A stretch of 64,000 bases of DNA from a virus. Taxonomy: Duplodnaviria; Caudoviricetes. Position numbers and translations under genes: made by a program. The number at the start of each line of letters is the position of its first letter. Position 1 is the stretch's first letter. The stretch spans positions 1 through 64,000 of IMG/VR virus record IMGVR_UViG_3300031993_000012; one strand, written 5' to 3'. The notes under the pieces are model-generated. The model saw only the letters and a list, made by a program, of their open reading frames with translations. It was not told where the DNA came from and did not search any database. Shown here in pieces: positions 60,558 through 64,000 of the stretch.

Positions 60558-60694
60558 ATATTCTACATATATATTATTAATATGAAGAAAGAATAAAATA
60601 TATTCGATCTTCAATCAAATCAATTCTTTTCAGGGCGTAAGTAGCCTAGTCAGCTAGCCTGCAAATTATGTATGCAGGTCCCAGAGGTACATTT
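60558..60694 (+). repeat. Conserved promoter + structured leader cassette, copy D
   Basis: Highly similar to copy A (8658-8795, minus strand). Confidence 0.9.
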
Positions 60695-61087
60695 ATGAGA
60701 AGACATAGTGTAAGAGCCGATGAGGCAATAGTTAGAATGTTTCATCCAGAAAACCTTTTAAAGGTGTCATACCATGGTGACAGCATCCCTCACCTTTGTA
60801 TAGAAGTCAACGCTGATTATGAGCGCTGTCTCACAATAGCAAAGTTGTGGGACACATTCCACCTGGTGCGTGTAATGCGCACTAACACGGGGCGTGACAT
60901 TGTAGAGGAGTCCCGCCCTGTAACATCAGGTATAAAGCCGAGCAGCCTGTATCTCTCGGGTTATGCGTTAGAAAATTATGACTCGATGATAGAGATAATG
61001 GATGGAATAAACCATCCGGAGTCACATCCCGAAATCAACCTCTTCTTTGACGAGGTCGAGGCATACATCAGAGAGAACGAAGAATGA
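60695..61087 (+). CDS. Hypothetical protein (cassette cargo), start MRRHSV
   Basis: GAGGT RBS; followed by ATGCTCCCC-attac-GGGGAGCAT-TTTT terminator. Confidence 0.75.
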   Translation: MRRHSVRADEAIVRMFHPENLLKVSYHGDSIPHLCIEVNADYERCLTIAKLWDTFHLVRVMRTNTGRDIVEESRPVTSGIKPSSLYLSGYALENYDSMIEIMDGINHPESHPEINLFFDEVEAYIRENEE

Positions 61088-61123
61088 TTTAATGCTCCCC
61101 ATTACGGGGAGCATTTTTCTTGT

Positions 61124-62173
61124 TTAGAAATCGAAATCATCTCCACCACCGGTAGATGCACCGTCAGATGTATTGGTTGTATCAGAGCCAGTATCATCTG
61201 ATGTGGTGGATGTTGTGGTCATTGGTTTTGTTGGTTCATTCGATGTTGATGGTTTGTTAGAAGATTTCTTTTTTCTATCCTTAGCTTCTTCAGCAGCACG
61301 TGAATCGTAATGATCAATCTGTGCTTTCAGATTATTCATCTTGATATTATACTTCTCGATGTTCTTCTTGTACTTAGATTCGATCTTACGTTTACGGTCA
61401 CTTTCAGGTATTCTCAGATAGTCAGCGTATGCTTCTTTAGTTGCTTCATATAATGAAGCAATTTCTTCATACTTCTCAATCTTTCTATCATACGAACGCA
61501 TCAGTATTGCATTGAAGAATGATATCGGATTGATTTCTTTTGCACTTCTGAATATCTTTGGAATTACTCCTAAAGCTTTAACTGCAATTCCAGCCACTGC
61601 ATCAATTGCTGTATTGACACCTTCTTCGAAATACTCACTGAGATCTTCGTGGAATGTTGCATATTCAGTATATGTTGCACGAATGTATTCATCGATCTTC
61701 TTATCCAGATCATCGTTAAATGTTCTGATAAACCAACTCATATCATTCTTTCTGGAAATCTTATCTGGTTTATATACCAGACCTTTTTCAGTTGCTTCTG
61801 TTGATGCATAAATACGTGCAAGCTCACCAACCAGTACACGATATGCAACAGTAAACAATGCTGTGAATAAACTGTTACGTTCATCAGGTTTATTCAAATA
61901 TGCAAGTACCATCTGAGGGAAGATTGGACGATGCAATGTGAGGAACATCGTTTTGATATCCTTTGCATCTGTCGCAGGATACTTTTTCAATGTTGATAAA
62001 TCTGCAATCTGTTTATCAATGAATTTGTACATCGGAACTTTTCTGATGTCACCTTTACATTTGAATTCATCACTACTTTTATTAGAATATATCTCACCTA
62101 ATACTTTCATGATATTCTGCATATCATCTAACTCTTGAGCAGATGGTTTGCGTTTAAAAATACTCATACCCAT
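61124..62173 (-). CDS. Hypothetical protein, probably virion-associated
   Basis: 349 aa, coiled coil and Ser/Thr-rich tail, AAAGGAG RBS. Confidence 0.7.
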   Translation of the reverse strand: MGMSIFKRKPSAQELDDMQNIMKVLGEIYSNKSSDEFKCKGDIRKVPMYKFIDKQIADLSTLKKYPATDAKDIKTMFLTLHRPIFPQMVLAYLNKPDERNSLFTALFTVAYRVLVGELARIYASTEATEKGLVYKPDKISRKNDMSWFIRTFNDDLDKKIDEYIRATYTEYATFHEDLSEYFEEGVNTAIDAVAGIAVKALGVIPKIFRSAKEINPISFFNAILMRSYDRKIEKYEEIASLYEATKEAYADYLRIPESDRKRKIESKYKKNIEKYNIKMNNLKAQIDHYDSRAAEEAKDRKKKSSNKPSTSNEPTKPMTTTSTTSDDTGSDTTNTSDGASTGGGDDFDF

Positions 62174-62188
62174 TTTACACTCCTTTCA

Positions 62189-63994
62189 TCAACCGAGTAA
62201 CTTAAAGATGTCACGTGTCTTAGAACCAGCAGTTGACAATTCAGCAAGCTGTTTATTGACGGATGCAAGTGAATGAACCTCATAATCATCATGGTTATCC
62301 GGAAGGAGAATCTTAATGGATTCAGCATCAGTATCGATTACAACCATGGAGATGAGGAAGAGTTCCTTGCAGAGTTTAGCAGCAGTACGACCATTCAACA
62401 GATCGATTCCAGTCTTTGCCTTGACATTAATAACATCGCCAGCAGAAATTATGAGTGATGCGTTTGGAATTACACCAAAATCGAAATCATCTTCGATCTG
62501 TGATTTAACAACACTCCATGTGATGTTCTTACCTTTGATTGCTGCCTTTGTGGGAGCATCTCCAGTCATATGTGCGAGCTCGTACAAACGACGATACCAT
62601 TTACGTTTAGGATCACGTGAATCAACTGCGGTTTGTTTCTTCTGTTTAACCTTGAATACAATATCACGGAAGAACTTAAGCTCACCTGCACGCCACTTGG
62701 CTTTACGTGCAATCTTATTCATTTCCTTAAGAGGATATTCTGCAACATCCGGAAGTATATCAGCATCAATAACACGATTGAATGTTTTAACGCCGATTAC
62801 ATAATTGACTGGTTTTGAAAGCGTTCCGTCCTGAGCTTTAACATGATATGAAACATTCATCATGAGTGGTTTCATTGTATTGAGTTTCTTAAGTTTGGAT
62901 TCATCAAGAATCTCAGGTGCTTTAGGAGCATACTTCCATTTACGCTCCTTCTCTGCTTCTTTTAAATCTTCGGCACGTTCTTTCTCGCGTTGTTTATCAA
63001 GATGACGTTCACGAACCTGAGTATGCTGGAACTTCTTACGTTCTAATTCATCACGTTTTGCTTGTGCCTTTTCATCACGTTCGTCTTTATATTGCTGATA
63101 ACCAAATTTCGCAAGAGCCAGATTATACTCACGATTACTGTCATCGATTTGTTTCTGAAGTTTTCTAAGCTTTTCGATTTCGTCTCCTCGTTTTTTCGCA
63201 TCGTTGAGTTCGTTTTCTGCTTCTTTTATAGTAGCCTTATATTCATCCAGTGCTTTCTTTTCGACACTACGTTTCTCAGCTTCTTCAGCACGTTTGTCAG
63301 CTTCAACCGCGTGTTTCATTGCACCTTCAGCTCGTTTATACTGTCTAGTACTTTCTTTTTTAAAGTACGCTGTTGTATCATTAGCATCTTTCAGTTCATC
63401 ATTAAGATCTTTGATATGTTCTCCAGCCTTTTTAAGTTTTTCGGTAAGTCTTTCAATTTCATAATCTTTAGCATCTTGAGCGTCTTCTTGGAAGTAATGA
63501 TCAAACTCAGACAATGGTTGTTTGTTGTATTGTTCAACAATCACACGACCATCAGCATCTTCGATACTCATAATACTGAATTCCAATGAGTCACCATTTT
63601 CCATAACGATTTCATTATGTACAGCATCATGAGCATAATCCATATCAGTATATTCAACATATCTGTTGGTATCTGATTGATATGCAGCAAATGGTGTTCT
63701 GTTCTTAACCAATGATTCATCAACAATTGGATTCAAACTTAATGCACTCTGAAGATATGATGCATATACTTGTTCGAGTAACGATGAAGTTGCAGTTGCA
63801 TAATCCAACTGAACAGATGATGAAATAAATACAGGGAATTCAAACAGATTTCCCTTGGCTGCGGCTATGATTGATTTACTATGAGCACGATATGGCTCTG
63901 ATGCACCATAGACTTTTTTACCAGTTTCTAAAGCACGACCATATTCACGCATACCAGTATCGTACGCTTTAGCGGCGGTATCTTTAATAGCCAT
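62189..63994 (-). CDS. Putative virion structural protein with long charged coiled-coil insert
   Basis: 601 aa; FEFPVFISS N-terminal domain, central E/K-rich helix, KWRAGELKFFRD C-terminal domain. Confidence 0.65.
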   Translation of the reverse strand: MAIKDTAAKAYDTGMREYGRALETGKKVYGASEPYRAHSKSIIAAAKGNLFEFPVFISSSVQLDYATATSSLLEQVYASYLQSALSLNPIVDESLVKNRTPFAAYQSDTNRYVEYTDMDYAHDAVHNEIVMENGDSLEFSIMSIEDADGRVIVEQYNKQPLSEFDHYFQEDAQDAKDYEIERLTEKLKKAGEHIKDLNDELKDANDTTAYFKKESTRQYKRAEGAMKHAVEADKRAEEAEKRSVEKKALDEYKATIKEAENELNDAKKRGDEIEKLRKLQKQIDDSNREYNLALAKFGYQQYKDERDEKAQAKRDELERKKFQHTQVRERHLDKQREKERAEDLKEAEKERKWKYAPKAPEILDESKLKKLNTMKPLMMNVSYHVKAQDGTLSKPVNYVIGVKTFNRVIDADILPDVAEYPLKEMNKIARKAKWRAGELKFFRDIVFKVKQKKQTAVDSRDPKRKWYRRLYELAHMTGDAPTKAAIKGKNITWSVVKSQIEDDFDFGVIPNASLIISAGDVINVKAKTGIDLLNGRTAAKLCKELFLISMVVIDTDAESIKILLPDNHDDYEVHSLASVNKQLAELSTAGSKTRDIFKLLG

Positions 63995-64000
63995 TAAAAT

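Noticed and set aside
59963-60694. Shared N-terminal peptide MYAGP(R/G)G in several ORFs, as if a protein family or signal peptide
   Set aside because: It is translation of the repeated leader hairpin and RBS; the true starts lie just downstream of GAGGT
1-64000. Genome-wide stop-codon reassignment (prompted by a possible UUA-anticodon tRNA)
   Set aside because: Core genes are full length under the standard code, and TAA, TGA and TAG all occur as apparent stops
1-64000. Diversity-generating retroelement, retron or integrase explaining the repeats
   Set aside because: No reverse transcriptase, integrase or transposase motif was found in the window, and no TR/VR pair differing only at adenines

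Overview
AT-rich 64-kb segment of a jumbo myophage of the phiKZ/AR9(PBS1)-like type. The host is probably an anaerobic Firmicute (inference from strong AAGGAGG Shine-Dalgarno sites, an Amidase_2 endolysin and an NrdD-type glycyl-radical domain). Core genes: portal, large terminase, tail sheath and tube, baseplate proteins, an SF2 helicase, GyrB, a FEN/RNase H-like nuclease and four split multisubunit RNA polymerase subunits, one interrupted by a 398-nt group I intron. Three unusual systems stand out. (1) A stand-alone Cas7/RAMP-like gene (47397-48176) is followed by two long non-coding arrays (about 1.0 and 1.3 kb) built from NGY-NN pentamers grouped into mostly 26/31-nt units, with an apparently catalytically dead HNH-like gene between them. 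This is a candidate RNA-guided system with no CRISPR repeats. (2) A tRNA cluster (35.1-36.6 kb) contains two tRNAs with a related 38-nt insertion at the same anticodon-stem position, a hairpin+ACAGCA module recurring in five RNAs, and one tRNA split by a PD-(D/E)XK nuclease ORF with no self-splicing core. (3) A family of dispersed promoter/leader cassettes carries unrelated cargo genes, and one site shows a flank-fusion junction that records tandem cassette stacking. All calls were made by eye from motifs; no database searches were run.
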